Shown piece after piece: positions 1 through 9,221 of a DNA stretch of 24,289 bases (its first letter is position 1; every line of letters begins with the position of its first letter). The notes under the pieces are model-generated. The model did no database searches. It was not told the DNA's origin and was given only the letters and a program-made list of their open reading frames with translations. The stretch lies in contig DASTHR010000209.1 of NCBI GenBank assembly GCA_035718105.1, forward strand, positions 1 through 24,289. Reading direction: 5' to 3'. The translations under genes and the position numbers were made by a program. This DNA is from Burkholderiales bacterium (GTDB lineage: Bacteria > Pseudomonadota > Gammaproteobacteria > Burkholderiales > UBA6910).

Positions 1-269
1 CCCTCTATGACATAGCCGTTCACAGTGGCGGTGTGGCAGGACGCGAGGCGCGGCGGCACGCCGTAGCGCTCCTTGAACGGCTCGACGCTCTGGACGTCGT
101 GCACGGCGACACTGAAGCCGCCGGCCCTGAGGTGGTCCACCCACTTGCCGCAGCAGCCGCAGGAGGGGCTCTTGTACACGTTGACCACGGGCGCCGGATC
201 GGCGGCGATCGCGCCGCCGGCGAAGGCCCACGACAGGGCGAGAAGCACGAGTGCCGGAAACCGGTTCAT
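1..269 (-). CDS. DUF411-family metal-binding periplasmic protein (CopG-like), 3' end outside window
   Basis: Not in the ORF track; manual translation from ATG at 269 gives MNRFPALVLLALSWAFAGGAIAADPAPVVNVYKSPSCGCCGKWVDHL...ASCHTATVNGYVIEG. It has a signal peptide, the YKSPxCGCC and SCHTA motifs, and an AAGGAG RBS. Confidence 0.9.
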   Translation of the reverse strand, partial: MNRFPALVLLALSWAFAGGAIAADPAPVVNVYKSPSCGCCGKWVDHLRAGGFSVAVHDVQSVEPFKERYGVPPRLASCHTATVNGYVIE

Positions 270-321
270 CGAAACGCTCCTTCGGCGGGGCGGGGAGGGC
301 GCAGCCTCCCCGGGGTCCCAG

Positions 322-1023
322 TTACTCCACGGATTCCATCATCCAGAAGGGATGGTGGCTCTTGAGCATCGTACGCTGTTCCTTGCTGAGGACGGCGTCG
401 ATCCTGCCCTGGGCGTCGAGGCCGGCCTCCACCATCTGCAGGCGAAGTTCGCCGAGGCGCTTGTAGGACGCGAGAATCGCCGCCTTCTCCTGCTTGTCGG
501 CCAGGTAAAGGTCGCGCAGCTTTACCTGCTCGTCCATCATGCGGCCCTTCACCTCGTGGTGCTTCTTCCGCAGTTCATCCTGGATCCTGAGGATCTTGCC
601 GTCCTGCTCGGGCGTGAGGTCCATGTGGCTGAGGGGACCAGTGACGTGCAGCGGAACATCGATGCCGCGCGGGCGCATGCCGCCCATCGCACCGCCCTTC
701 ATCCCGCCGCCCATGCCTCCCATCATCCCGCCCTTCATCCCGCCGCCCTTGCCACCCATGCCGCCGCCTTTGCCACCCATCATGCCGCAGCCCATGCCGC
801 CGCCCATGTCGTGGTCCATGCCGCCCATGCCGCCGCCCTGCTTCATTCCCATGGGGGATGGGCCCGGGCCGGGCTTCGCGGCGGGTGCTTGCGCAGGGGC
901 GCTGTGCATCATGTGCTGGGAGTGGTCCATCTCCTGCCCGGGGGCCTGCTGGGCCAGCGCGGCGGGCGCGATGCCGGCCAGTGCCAGGGCCGCAGCGAGA
1001 GTGCTCATTTTCAGGTGTCTCAC
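322..1023 (-). CDS. Spy/CpxP/ZraP-like periplasmic protein with a long Met/Gly-rich N-terminal tract
   Basis: GTG start at 1023 behind AAAGGAG; signal peptide (ALA-QQ); GGGM repeats; C-terminal helical domain with LTPEQ and LSKEQR (LTxxQ-type) motifs. Confidence 0.8.
   Translation of the reverse strand: MRHLKMSTLAAALALAGIAPAALAQQAPGQEMDHSQHMMHSAPAQAPAAKPGPGPSPMGMKQGGGMGGMDHDMGGGMGCGMMGGKGGGMGGKGGGMKGGMMGGMGGGMKGGAMGGMRPRGIDVPLHVTGPLSHMDLTPEQDGKILRIQDELRKKHHEVKGRMMDEQVKLRDLYLADKQEKAAILASYKRLGELRLQMVEAGLDAQGRIDAVLSKEQRTMLKSHHPFWMMESVE
692..748. repeat. Intragenic 21-bp exact direct repeat within the GGGM-coding tract
   Basis: ccgcccttcatcccgccgccc at 692-712 and 728-748 (36-nt period), embedded in further degenerate gccgcccatg units. 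Confidence 0.85.
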
Positions 1024-1036
1024 GGGTGTTCTCCTT

Positions 1037-1363
1037 TCACGGAAGTGGTTTGATCTGCGTGACATAGAAATCGATCCTGCTTTCCTGAACGATGGTGATC
1101 TCCACCTTCTGCCCGGGTTTGATGTCCTTCAGGATAGCCTTGTCCTTCACCTGGAAGTCCATGGTCATGGCAGGCCAGTTGAGGCTGGGGATGGGCCCGT
1201 GGCTCATGTTGAATTTTCCGGCGGCAGCATCGACCTTGAGCACGGTACCCTCGCCCTTGTGGGTGGCGGCCTTCTGGACCAGGTGCACCGCTTCTTTCCC
1301 GGCCACCACGGCGCCGGGAAATCCCAGCGCCAGCACTGCGGCGATTAACAGTTGGGATTTCAT
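1037..1363 (-). CDS. cusF: CusF-family periplasmic Cu(I)/Ag(I) metallochaperone
   Basis: C-terminal 108 aa of track ORF 1037..2509; ATG at 1363; signal peptide; SHGPIPSLNWPAMTMDF carries the CusF His/Trp/Met/Met site. Confidence 0.92.
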   Translation of the reverse strand: MKSQLLIAAVLALGFPGAVVAGKEAVHLVQKAATHKGEGTVLKVDAAAGKFNMSHGPIPSLNWPAMTMDFQVKDKAILKDIKPGQKVEITIVQESRIDFYVTQIKPLP

Positions 1364-1377
1364 GAATTGTTCCCTTC

Positions 1378-1869
1378 TCAGTGGGTTGTTGACTGCGATT
1401 CGATCTGTTGCCAGCGCGCGTACGCCTCGTCCGACCACAGCGACTTGATATAGGCCACCACGTCGTCGATCTCGCGCTCGTTGAGCTTTCCTGCCCATGC
1501 CGGCATGTTGCCCATGCCCGGCGGACTTCCCTTGCGGATCACCCGGCGCAGCACTTCGGTGGGGTGATGCCAGGCGTGGGCGCTGTCGTCCAGGGGCGGA
1601 GGCGGATATTTGCCGTCCGGCCCCGTCTTGCGCCAGTCGCCCGGAAGCCCTGCGCCACGAGGGCCGTGGCATTCCGCGCAGTGGGCGTTGTAGACGGTTT
1701 CGCCGCGGGCGATCGAAGTTGGATCCAGGCCACGTGCCGCGTCCTTGCTTGCGGGTGCCGGTGCTGCGGACGGGGCCTGCCCGCGTTCGCCGCAAGCTGC
1801 CACCAGGAGCGCCGCCAACACCAGGGCGAACATGGGGCTGCTTGGCCGAAATATCATTCTTTGAGTCAT
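1378..1869 (-). CDS. Monoheme c-type cytochrome, probable lipoprotein
   Basis: CAECH heme motif, PPPLDDSAHAWHH, distal MGNMPAW; lipobox-like LVAAC; GAGG RBS before ATG 1869. Confidence 0.88.
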   Translation of the reverse strand: MTQRMIFRPSSPMFALVLAALLVAACGERGQAPSAAPAPASKDAARGLDPTSIARGETVYNAHCAECHGPRGAGLPGDWRKTGPDGKYPPPPLDDSAHAWHHPTEVLRRVIRKGSPPGMGNMPAWAGKLNEREIDDVVAYIKSLWSDEAYARWQQIESQSTTH

Positions 1870-2025
1870 GGTTCGAGCGCGTTCCTCGTAATTGGCGATG
1901 CCGCCGGGAAATCTGCTGCCGACCAAATTCTGGTGGAGTTTTCGGGCGCGGCATGACCGCCGGGGCGGGCCGCGCGTGGGAGCGGGCTGCATGCGCCCGA
2001 GCAGGACGCACTGACCCCAGGGGGC

Positions 2026-2376
2026 TCAGCCTAGGGGCGGCCGCCTGGGCTGGTCGGGGAGGAACCCGTCGGGATGGTGTGTGAGGCGGGTGACGAAGCC
2101 GGAAGCCGTCGCCCTTCCGGCGGCGGCGTTCGCGGACGACAGGGCGAAGACGTTGCAGAGATGGCAGACGGTGCAGTCGCCACAGATCTGCTTGGCGCTC
2201 CCGGAGCTGTCGTGCTCCGGGTGCGCGTCGCCATGATGCCCTTGATGAGCGTCCACCTGGGCGATAGCGTCCGGCGCCGCATGCTGGCAGAACGCCATCG
2301 TGGCCGCGGCGATACCCTGCAAGGGCAGCCCGGCCAAAGCCAGCAATACCAGAAGAAACCTGAGGGATTTCAGCAT
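2026..2376 (-). CDS. CopL/CzcI/DUF2946-like Cys/His leader protein, copy 1
   Basis: Hydrophobic N-terminus, GLPLQGIAAATMAFCQH, His-rich linker, CGDCTVCHLC, C-terminal DGFLPDQPRRPPLG; clear paralog at 10339-10689. Confidence 0.78.
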   Translation of the reverse strand: MLKSLRFLLVLLALAGLPLQGIAAATMAFCQHAAPDAIAQVDAHQGHHGDAHPEHDSSGSAKQICGDCTVCHLCNVFALSSANAAAGRATASGFVTRLTHHPDGFLPDQPRRPPLG

Positions 2377-2385
2377 GCCGCCAAT

Positions 2386-2415
2386 AGTATAGGAGCGCGC
2401 GCTGCGATGCCGCAA
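2386..2415 (-). promoter_or_regulatory. sigma70-type promoter TTGCGG-N18-TATACT, near-leaderless
   Basis: -10 at 2386-2391 is 9 nt upstream of ATG 2376; -35 at 2410-2415; no SD in between. Confidence 0.6.
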
Positions 2416-2438
2416 GCGGCCTTGCATCCGCGGATTGG

Positions 2439-3119
2439 TCAGCTGCCATTAGGGAAATCCTCGTCCTGCCTGTCGAGGCCGGCGGCATTCGAGCGCAGGC
2501 GCGGGACAAGACCGGGAACCCCGGCGGCGTATAGGGAATATGCGTTGCCGAACTCGGCAGTCAACTCCTGTTCCTCGCGCCCCGCCAGCCTCGCATACAT
2601 GCTCGCCAGGACCGGGAACATGATGACGGTAAGGATCGTGGGCCATTGCAGCAGGAAGCCGAACATGATCAGCACGAAGGCGGCGTACTGCGGGTGCCGA
2701 AGGTGGGCATAGGGGCCGGTCGTGGCGAGGGCATGGCGCCGGCGGGCGTGATAGAGCACCCTCCAGGCCCTGGCAAGGAGAATGAACCCGCCGACGATTA
2801 ACAGGTTGCTCAGGAGGTGGAAGGGGCCGAAGTGGGGATTCCCTCGCCAGCCCAGCAACGTCTCCAGAAGATGGCCCGCATCGTGGGACAGGAAATCCAC
2901 CTCGGGGTAGCGGCTCTGCAGCCAGCCCGAAAGCAGGTAGACGGTGAGGGGAAACCCGTACATCTCGGTGAATAGCGCCACCAGGAAGGCAGAGAACGCA
3001 CCGAAGCTGCGCCAGTCGCGGGACGTCTTCGGCCGATAGAAGCTGAAGGCGAAGATGATGAACACCAGGGAATTGATGATCACCAGCGGCCATAGTCCGT
3101 AAGCGGGCGCGGCGTCCAT
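2439..3119 (-). CDS. Isoprenylcysteine carboxyl methyltransferase (ICMT/PEMT)-family membrane protein
   Basis: Multiple TM segments; LATTGPYAHLRHPQY and REE motifs; the YGFPLT-type N-terminus is typical of copper-cluster members; AGGA RBS. Confidence 0.85.
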   Translation of the reverse strand: MDAAPAYGLWPLVIINSLVFIIFAFSFYRPKTSRDWRSFGAFSAFLVALFTEMYGFPLTVYLLSGWLQSRYPEVDFLSHDAGHLLETLLGWRGNPHFGPFHLLSNLLIVGGFILLARAWRVLYHARRRHALATTGPYAHLRHPQYAAFVLIMFGFLLQWPTILTVIMFPVLASMYARLAGREEQELTAEFGNAYSLYAAGVPGLVPRLRSNAAGLDRQDEDFPNGS

Positions 3120-3121
3120 TC

Positions 3122-3412
3122 CTATTCCTTTCCGGATTCCGGTTGTTCCCCGTTACGGCGCGCGTGTTCCGCGGAAGTGCCGGCCGAACGATGTCCACGA
3201 TGGCTGCCGCGCCCGCCGTGGCCGTGGAGCAGGTGCATTAGCGGGCAGGCGAGAAGGAGCAGATAGGGTAGCCAGCCGTACAAGTGCGCGCGGTGCTCGA
3301 CGATCAGGAAGAAGCCCGCTATCGCCAGGAAACCGATCAGGATCCACTTGCCCGCCGCAGACGAGCCGTCGTTGCCGCGGCTCTCATGGTCATGTTGGTG
3401 CTCGGCCGTCAT
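3122..3412 (-). CDS. DUF2933-family small membrane protein
   Basis: EHRAHLYGWLPYLLLLACPLMHLLHGHGG signature; His-rich N-terminus. Alternative start at 3424. Confidence 0.85.
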   Translation of the reverse strand: MTAEHQHDHESRGNDGSSAAGKWILIGFLAIAGFFLIVEHRAHLYGWLPYLLLLACPLMHLLHGHGGRGSHRGHRSAGTSAEHARRNGEQPESGKE

Positions 3413-3461
3413 GGTGGTCCCCATCGTTCTCGTGCAAACCGGCCTCGGAAGTCCCTCCCGC

Positions 3462-4124
3462 TCATGTGGGCTTGACGGCGCGCCAGAAACTCAACAGTCC
3501 CCACCACCGGCCCGTCGCACGGCCCTGAGCGAAGCCGGCGCTCTCGACGAAGGCCGGAACCTCGCCCCGCAGGTTGCCGGCGGTCATGGGCAGGAACAGA
3601 AACGGCCATGCCACCAGCCACCAAAGCAAATTGGCCGGCCGGTCCACGTCCACCAGCACCAGCTTGCCGCCGGGAACCAGCACCCGCAGCACTTCCCTGA
3701 GCCCCTCGCCCTTCGTCGCCGGAGGCAGGTGGTGAAACATGAGGCTGGAAAGCACGACATCGAAGCTCGCATCGGGAAAAGGCAGCTTCTCAATGGCTGC
3801 GAGGCGGAATTCGACCGGGTCTGCCCCAGCGCGGGCATTCTCCCGTGCCCGGGCAATCATGACGGGCCCCGGATCAATTCCGACCACGACACCCTGCGGA
3901 CCTACCGCCCTGCGGGCAACCCGGGTGAGAACCCCCGTGCCGCAGCCGACGTCGAGCACCCGGTCTCCGGGCTCGAGCCCGGCATGTTGCAGCGTCACCT
4001 CGCGGAAGTGACTGCCAAGTCCGATCGCGCTGCAATAGCGGTCGTACACGGGGGCGAGCCAATCGAGGAGCATGCCGCGAGTGCGCGGGGACGATTCCTG
4101 GGGATGGGTGTGCGCTTCGGACAC
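3462..4124 (-). CDS. Class I SAM-dependent methyltransferase
   Basis: VLDVGCGTG motif I, GIDP, LPFPDASFDVVLSS, LRVLVPGG; GTG start. Confidence 0.9.
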   Translation of the reverse strand: MSEAHTHPQESSPRTRGMLLDWLAPVYDRYCSAIGLGSHFREVTLQHAGLEPGDRVLDVGCGTGVLTRVARRAVGPQGVVVGIDPGPVMIARARENARAGADPVEFRLAAIEKLPFPDASFDVVLSSLMFHHLPPATKGEGLREVLRVLVPGGKLVLVDVDRPANLLWWLVAWPFLFLPMTAGNLRGEVPAFVESAGFAQGRATGRWWGLLSFWRAVKPT

Positions 4125-4152
4125 GGGGCGGCCGGAAATCCAATAAATCAGA

Positions 4153-6474
4153 TCAGAGCGTGACGCGGTTCAGGCGCAGGGCGTTGGCCACTACGGAAAC
4201 CGAGCTGAAGCTCATGGCGGCGGCTGCAATGATGGGCGAGAGCAGCAGGCCGAGGAATGGATACAGCATGCCCGCGGCCACCGGAATGCCCAGCACGTTG
4301 TAGATGAAGGCGAAGAACAGGTTCTCCCGGATGTTGCGCATGGTGGCCCGGCTCAGGCGACGCGCCCGCAGGATTCCCCGCAGGTCGCCCTTCACCAGCG
4401 TTACGCCGGCGCTTTCCATGGCCTCATCGGTGCCGGTGCCCATGGCGATGCCCACCTGGGCCTGCGCCAGGGCAGGGGCGTCGTTGATGCCGTCGCCCGC
4501 CATGGCGACGACACGGCCTTCGGCCTGAAGTTGCCTCACCACTTCTACCTTCTGCTCGGGAAGCACTTCGGCGATCACCCGGTCGATCCCGAGCTTCCTG
4601 GCCACAGCCTCGGCGGTGAGCCGGCTGTCACCGGTCAGCATTACCACCCGCACGCGCTCTTCATGCAGCGCACGGATGACCTCGGGGGTGCTGTCCTTGA
4701 CCGGATCCGCCACCCCGAGCAGGCCGGCCACCCGGTCCTCCAGGGCCACGAACATGACGGTCTGTCCCTCGGCCCTCAGCGTCCCTGCACGCTGCGCCAG
4801 TTCGCCGGGATCAATCCGCAGGACTTCCAGAAGCTTGGCGTTGCCGATGGCCACCCGGCGCCCCTCGACCATGCCGGCGACTCCCTTGCCGGTGAACGAC
4901 TCGAACTCCGATACCGGGAGCAGGGGGCGTTGCCGCTCCTCCGCCCCGGCCACGATCGCGGCGGCCAGGGGATGCTCGCTCGCCCGTTCCAGGCTCGCGC
5001 CGAACTGCAGGATTTCGTCCTCGCGGAAGCCGGGCGCCGCCTGCGCCGTGACCAGCCTTGGTTTGCCCAGGGTCAGGGTGCCGGTCTTGTCCACCACCAC
5101 AGTGTCCACCCTTTCCATGACCTCCAGGGCCTCGGCGTTCCTGACCAGGACTCCGGCCGTTGCGCCGCGCCCGGTTCCCACCATGATGGACATCGGCGTC
5201 GCGAGCCCCAGAGCGCAGGGGCAGGCGATGATCAGCACCGACACTGCATTGATGACGGCGTGGGCGAGGCGTGGCTCCGGCCCCCAGACACCCCACACGA
5301 CGAACGCGACCGCCGCGATCGCGACCACGGTGGGAACGAAATATCCGGACACCACGTCCACCAGGCGCTGGATCGGCGCCCGGGAGCGCTGCGCTTCGCT
5401 CACCATGCGCACGATCTGCGCCAGAAGCGTGTCGGCGCCGACCCGCTCGGCCCGCATCAGCAGGCTGCCGGTGCCGTTCACGGTGGCGCCGATCAGTCGC
5501 TCTCCCTGGTGCTTCTCCACCGGGATCGGCTCACCGGTCACCATGGATTCGTCCACGGAACTGGCTCCCCGGATGACCACCCCGTCCACCGGCACCTTTT
5601 CGCCGGGTCGCACCCGCAGCATGTCGCCGCGCTGCACTTCACCCAGGGGGATGTCTTCTTCGCGGCCATCGTCACGGACGATGCGAGCAGTCTTCGGGGC
5701 GAGGCCCAGGAGCATCCTGATGGCCGCGCTGGTGCGGCTGCGGGCCTTCAGTTCCAGCACCTGTCCCAGCAGCACCAGGGCGGTGATCACCGCCGCGGCC
5801 TCGAAGTAGAGGGGCACCAGGCCCTCCGGGCTGCGCAGGCTGGCCGGGAAGGCGCCGGGCAGCAGCAGCCCCACGGCGCTGTAGGCCCAGGCGACCCCCA
5901 CGCCCAGGGCGATGAGGCTGAACATGTTGAGGCTGCGGTTGACCAGGGACTGCCAGCCGCGCAGGAAGATCGGCCACCCGCCCCAAAGCACTACGGGTGT
6001 GGCCAGCACAAACGCGACCCATTGCAGCCCCCGGGGGGACAGGAGACGGGCGGTGACGTCGGGCGCCAGATCCGACACGGTTGCCATGACGAATACCGGC
6101 AGCGCCAGCGCGGCGCTCACCCGGAACCGCCGCGTCATTTCTGTGAGTTCGGCGCTTTCCGCTTCCTCGGCGGTGACGGTCCTTGGCTCCAGCGCCATGC
6201 CGCAGATGGGGCAGTTCCCGGGCGAGTCGCGGACGATTTCCGGGTGCATGGGGCAGACGTACTCCGTGCGAACGGCGGGCGCAGGCGATTCGGGCTCGAG
6301 CGCCATGCCGCATTTCGGGCAGCTACCCGGGCCCGGCTGCCGCACCTCGCGATGCATGGGGCAGGTGTACATCCCCGACTCGCGTCCGGCCGGAACCTCG
6401 GGCGGCGGGTTGCCGGTGACGCCGGGAACCCGCCCCTCCGGGGACCTCTTACTTGTGGAACTTCTGGTGCTCAT
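4153..6474 (-). CDS. copA: P1B-1 Cu(I)/Ag(I)-translocating P-type ATPase with two N-terminal CPMH...CPxCGM domains
   Basis: [29 protein letters not shown] and MSFSS motifs. Start uncertain (ATG 6474 overlaps the upstream stop; ATG 6372 is an alternative). Confidence 0.95.
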   Translation of the reverse strand: MSTRSSTSKRSPEGRVPGVTGNPPPEVPAGRESGMYTCPMHREVRQPGPGSCPKCGMALEPESPAPAVRTEYVCPMHPEIVRDSPGNCPICGMALEPRTVTAEEAESAELTEMTRRFRVSAALALPVFVMATVSDLAPDVTARLLSPRGLQWVAFVLATPVVLWGGWPIFLRGWQSLVNRSLNMFSLIALGVGVAWAYSAVGLLLPGAFPASLRSPEGLVPLYFEAAAVITALVLLGQVLELKARSRTSAAIRMLLGLAPKTARIVRDDGREEDIPLGEVQRGDMLRVRPGEKVPVDGVVIRGASSVDESMVTGEPIPVEKHQGERLIGATVNGTGSLLMRAERVGADTLLAQIVRMVSEAQRSRAPIQRLVDVVSGYFVPTVVAIAAVAFVVWGVWGPEPRLAHAVINAVSVLIIACPCALGLATPMSIMVGTGRGATAGVLVRNAEALEVMERVDTVVVDKTGTLTLGKPRLVTAQAAPGFREDEILQFGASLERASEHPLAAAIVAGAEERQRPLLPVSEFESFTGKGVAGMVEGRRVAIGNAKLLEVLRIDPGELAQRAGTLRAEGQTVMFVALEDRVAGLLGVADPVKDSTPEVIRALHEERVRVVMLTGDSRLTAEAVARKLGIDRVIAEVLPEQKVEVVRQLQAEGRVVAMAGDGINDAPALAQAQVGIAMGTGTDEAMESAGVTLVKGDLRGILRARRLSRATMRNIRENLFFAFIYNVLGIPVAAGMLYPFLGLLLSPIIAAAAMSFSSVSVVANALRLNRVTL

Positions 6475-6781
6475 GGGCCGGGGCGTTGGGAGCTTCCGAG
6501 GTTTCCGGCGGCTTGGCGGCTGGTCCGGTCTCCACCCCGCTCTTGTGGAAGGAAGCGTGGTCGTGGGGCTTCGGCTTCTTCGTCCCGGCGCCCTTTTTCG
6601 GCGCCGACTGCTTGTCGCCCTCCGTCCCCGGGTCGGCGGCCGTGGACTTGTCGGGCAGGGTCTTTTCGGCCGACGTGCCTGCCTTCGGGGGCGTTGCCTT
6701 GTCGTCGGCGGCGGTGGCCGCCACGACGCCCGACAGTGCGGCGACAATGGCCGCGAGCACTGCAGTTCTTGCGTACGTCAT
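6449..6781 (-). CDS. Small secreted low-complexity protein with two HxHxxFHK motifs
   Basis: AAAAGGAG RBS, ATG 6781, Ala-rich signal peptide, motifs HDHASFHK and HEHQKFHK. Confidence 0.75.
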   Translation of the reverse strand: MTYARTAVLAAIVAALSGVVAATAADDKATPPKAGTSAEKTLPDKSTAADPGTEGDKQSAPKKGAGTKKPKPHDHASFHKSGVETGPAAKPPETSEAPNAPAHEHQKFHK

Positions 6782-6913
6782 GGTTCTCTCCTTTTCGTCA
6801 GCTAATGGATGATGTTTCCGCGCCTTTGTGGCGCATGATCGTCCGACGGGGTCGCCTCTGGCGGTCCCACCGGGGGTTGCGGATCTCCATATCGAGTTTC
6901 TGAACATTTCTCG

Positions 6914-8428
6914 TCACCCTCGCTCCTGTGGCGGCGTGGCTGGGATCGAGACCGGCAGCCGGATGGAAAAGCGCGCTCCGGCGCCGGGAGTGCTTGCCAC
7001 GCTGACGGTGCCCCGGTGGAGCTCGATCACGCGCTTGACGAAGGCGAGCCCCAGTCCGGCTCCCGCGTGCCGGTGGGAGCTGCCATTCCGGCCTCGAAAG
7101 AAGCGCTCGAAGATATGCGGCAGGTCTTCGGGGGCGATGCCGCTGCCGGTGTCCTCCACCGTCAGCTCGATCTGCCCGTCGCCCGGTTCCGCGGCGATCA
7201 CGATCCGGCCGCCGGACGGGGTGTGGCGCAGCGCGTTCTCGATGAGGTTGTCTAGGACCCGTTCCAGCAAGGTCAGATCTGCCGCCAGCAGCGGGAGCTT
7301 GCGGGGCATTTCCACCCGCAGCGCGACGCCCTTGCGGGACGCCGACGGGTCGAATTTCTGGACCACGTCTTGGGCCAGGTCAGCCACGCTGAAGCGTTCC
7401 GGGTTGAGCCTGGCCTGCCGCGACTCCAGCTTGGCCAGGTCGAACAGGGCGTTGACCAGCGCGCCCAGGCGCTCCGCCTGCTGGACCGCAACCTCCGCGT
7501 AGCGCCTGCGATCCGCGTCGGGCAGGCAGTCGTACTTGAGCAACAGCGTTTCCAGATAGCCCTGCACGGACGCCAGCGGCGTGCGCAGGTCGTGGGAGAT
7601 GGATGCAAACATGTCCCGCAATTCGGCATCGGCGCTGCGCAGGTCTTCCATTTGGGAGCGGATTCGCGCCGCCATCCGTTCGAAGGTCTTGCCGATGTGC
7701 GCCACCTCGTCGTCGGCACGCTCTGGGATTGCCGGCATCGGGGACTCGGCGAAATTCGACGCCTGGAAGCGCTCCATGGCCTCCGACAGGCGGCGCAGTG
7801 GCCGGGTGATGACCGCGATGACGGCGAGCCCCGCGAGGAGGGAGAGCAGGACCCCGGCCGCCGTCAGCATGGCGGCCTCCCGCAGGGCGTAGCTCTGCCG
7901 GAGGTCTTCGGCCACTGCCCGATGGCCCGCGTCGCTGGCGTGATCGGAGCCGTGAAGCACCGCGTAGAGATACGAGGCACCGCCCCCGGAAACCCTGGCC
8001 GCGGAGAAGACCGCTCCCCGGCCATGGGCGGTGGGATCGTCGCCGCGCAGAGGAAATTCCCGGCTGCCGTTGAGCAGGCGCTCGATCGGCTCCAGGCGCA
8101 ACTGGGGGCGGATGATCCGCTCCGGCGGAACCGAGGACGCCACCACGCGCCCTGTGCCATCCAGTAGATACAGATCCACGCTGGGATTCACCCGCGTCAG
8201 CTCGCGCAGCCGGGATGCGATGTCGCCCGGCCCATCGGAGCTTGCGGGCAGGGTGTCGAGGCGGCCCTCAACCACGAGCTGCCGCGCCAGGGAGGCGTTC
8301 AGCTTCTGCACCAGTTCCCGGTGGTATTTCTCGTGGGAGATATTCATCACCACCGTGAACATCAGGGTGACGACGCCGGTAAAGGCGACCAGCAGCACGG
8401 TCAGCTTTCTGTAGAGGGTGTTGAGCAT
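6914..8428 (-). CDS. HAMP-domain sensor histidine kinase
   Basis: Two TM segments, HAMP, H-box SHDLRTPL, NLIENALRH, EDTGSGI, GAGLGL; start overlaps the regulator's 3' end. Confidence 0.92.
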   Translation of the reverse strand: MLNTLYRKLTVLLVAFTGVVTLMFTVVMNISHEKYHRELVQKLNASLARQLVVEGRLDTLPASSDGPGDIASRLRELTRVNPSVDLYLLDGTGRVVASSVPPERIIRPQLRLEPIERLLNGSREFPLRGDDPTAHGRGAVFSAARVSGGGASYLYAVLHGSDHASDAGHRAVAEDLRQSYALREAAMLTAAGVLLSLLAGLAVIAVITRPLRRLSEAMERFQASNFAESPMPAIPERADDEVAHIGKTFERMAARIRSQMEDLRSADAELRDMFASISHDLRTPLASVQGYLETLLLKYDCLPDADRRRYAEVAVQQAERLGALVNALFDLAKLESRQARLNPERFSVADLAQDVVQKFDPSASRKGVALRVEMPRKLPLLAADLTLLERVLDNLIENALRHTPSGGRIVIAAEPGDGQIELTVEDTGSGIAPEDLPHIFERFFRGRNGSSHRHAGAGLGLAFVKRVIELHRGTVSVASTPGAGARFSIRLPVSIPATPPQERG

Positions 8429-9132
8429 TCGCCGCTGTCCGCGAGCTTGTAGCCCACGCCCCAGACGGTGAGGATCCGCCGCGGTTCGGCGGGATCGTCC
8501 TCGATCTTGGCGCGCAGGTTGTTGATGTGGGAACTCACCGTATGCTCGTATCCACTGTGGGTGTAGCCCCACACGGCATCCAGCAGTTGGGCACGGGAGA
8601 ACACCCGCCCCGGGCTGCGGGCGAAGTGCAGCAACAGGTCGAATTCCCGCGCGGTGAGTTCGACGGGGCGACCGGCGAGGGTTACCTCGCGCCGGCTGGG
8701 GTCGATCACCATGCCGGCGACGCTCAGGGTTCCCGGCCCCGCCCCGCCGGGCGCGCTGGCAAAGGATTCGGCTCGCCGGAAGAGCGCCTTCACCCTTGCG
8801 CGCAATTCCGCCATGCTGAAGGGCTTGGTGAGGTAATCGTCGGCGCCGATCTCCAGCCCCAGCACCCGGTCGATCTCGCCGGAGCGCGCAGTGAGCATCA
8901 GGATGGGGGAGTGAATCCTCTCGCTGCGCAGCGTGCGGCAGATCTCGAGGCCGTCCAGCCCCGGCAGGGCAAGGTCCAGAACGATCAGGTCGAACCCCCC
9001 GCTGCGCGCTTTCTCCAGTGCGCCCGGCCCGTCCGCCGCGACCCGGACCTCGCACCCCAGGTCCTCCAGGTGCAGCCTGACCAGGTCTGCGATTTCGTGC
9101 TCGTCCTCCACCACCAGAACCTTCCGCGTCAT
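8401..9132 (-). CDS. OmpR-family response regulator
   Basis: VVEDE, DLIVLD, DDYLTKPF receiver motifs; winged-helix end RILTVWGVGYKL. Confidence 0.94.
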   Translation of the reverse strand: MTRKVLVVEDEHEIADLVRLHLEDLGCEVRVAADGPGALEKARSGGFDLIVLDLALPGLDGLEICRTLRSERIHSPILMLTARSGEIDRVLGLEIGADDYLTKPFSMAELRARVKALFRRAESFASAPGGAGPGTLSVAGMVIDPSRREVTLAGRPVELTAREFDLLLHFARSPGRVFSRAQLLDAVWGYTHSGYEHTVSSHINNLRAKIEDDPAEPRRILTVWGVGYKLADSGECSTPSTES

Positions 9133-9221
9133 GGGAATGTCGCCCGCCGGGTTTCTAGAGACGGTATCCTCGCTGGCGTATCCGGTTACCGGACCGGTTC
9201 GCGCGCCGTTCATTTCTCGCC

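Noticed and set aside
660-860. Repetitive gccgcccat/catgcc DNA as a CRISPR array or REP cluster
   Set aside because: Explained by Gly/Met codons; there are no unique spacers.
1037-2509. 490-aa ORF as one protein
   Set aside because: Only the last 108 aa (CusF, with its own RBS and signal peptide) are credible; the rest overlaps two better genes in other frames.
4531-6903. 790-aa plus-strand ORF, and similar long ORFs at 11656-12714, 13375-14625, 15540-16577 and 21186-22529
   Set aside because: Antisense shadows of motif-supported genes in high-GC DNA; no recognisable domains.
6914-9055. 713-aa ORF as a regulator-kinase fusion
   Set aside because: The N-terminal 209 aa are an off-frame reading of the OmpR gene; the kinase starts at 8428.
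6914-9132. Naming the two-component pair cusRS or copRS
   Set aside because: Context suggests copper sensing, but I see no diagnostic residues separating it from other OmpR/BaeS-type pairs.
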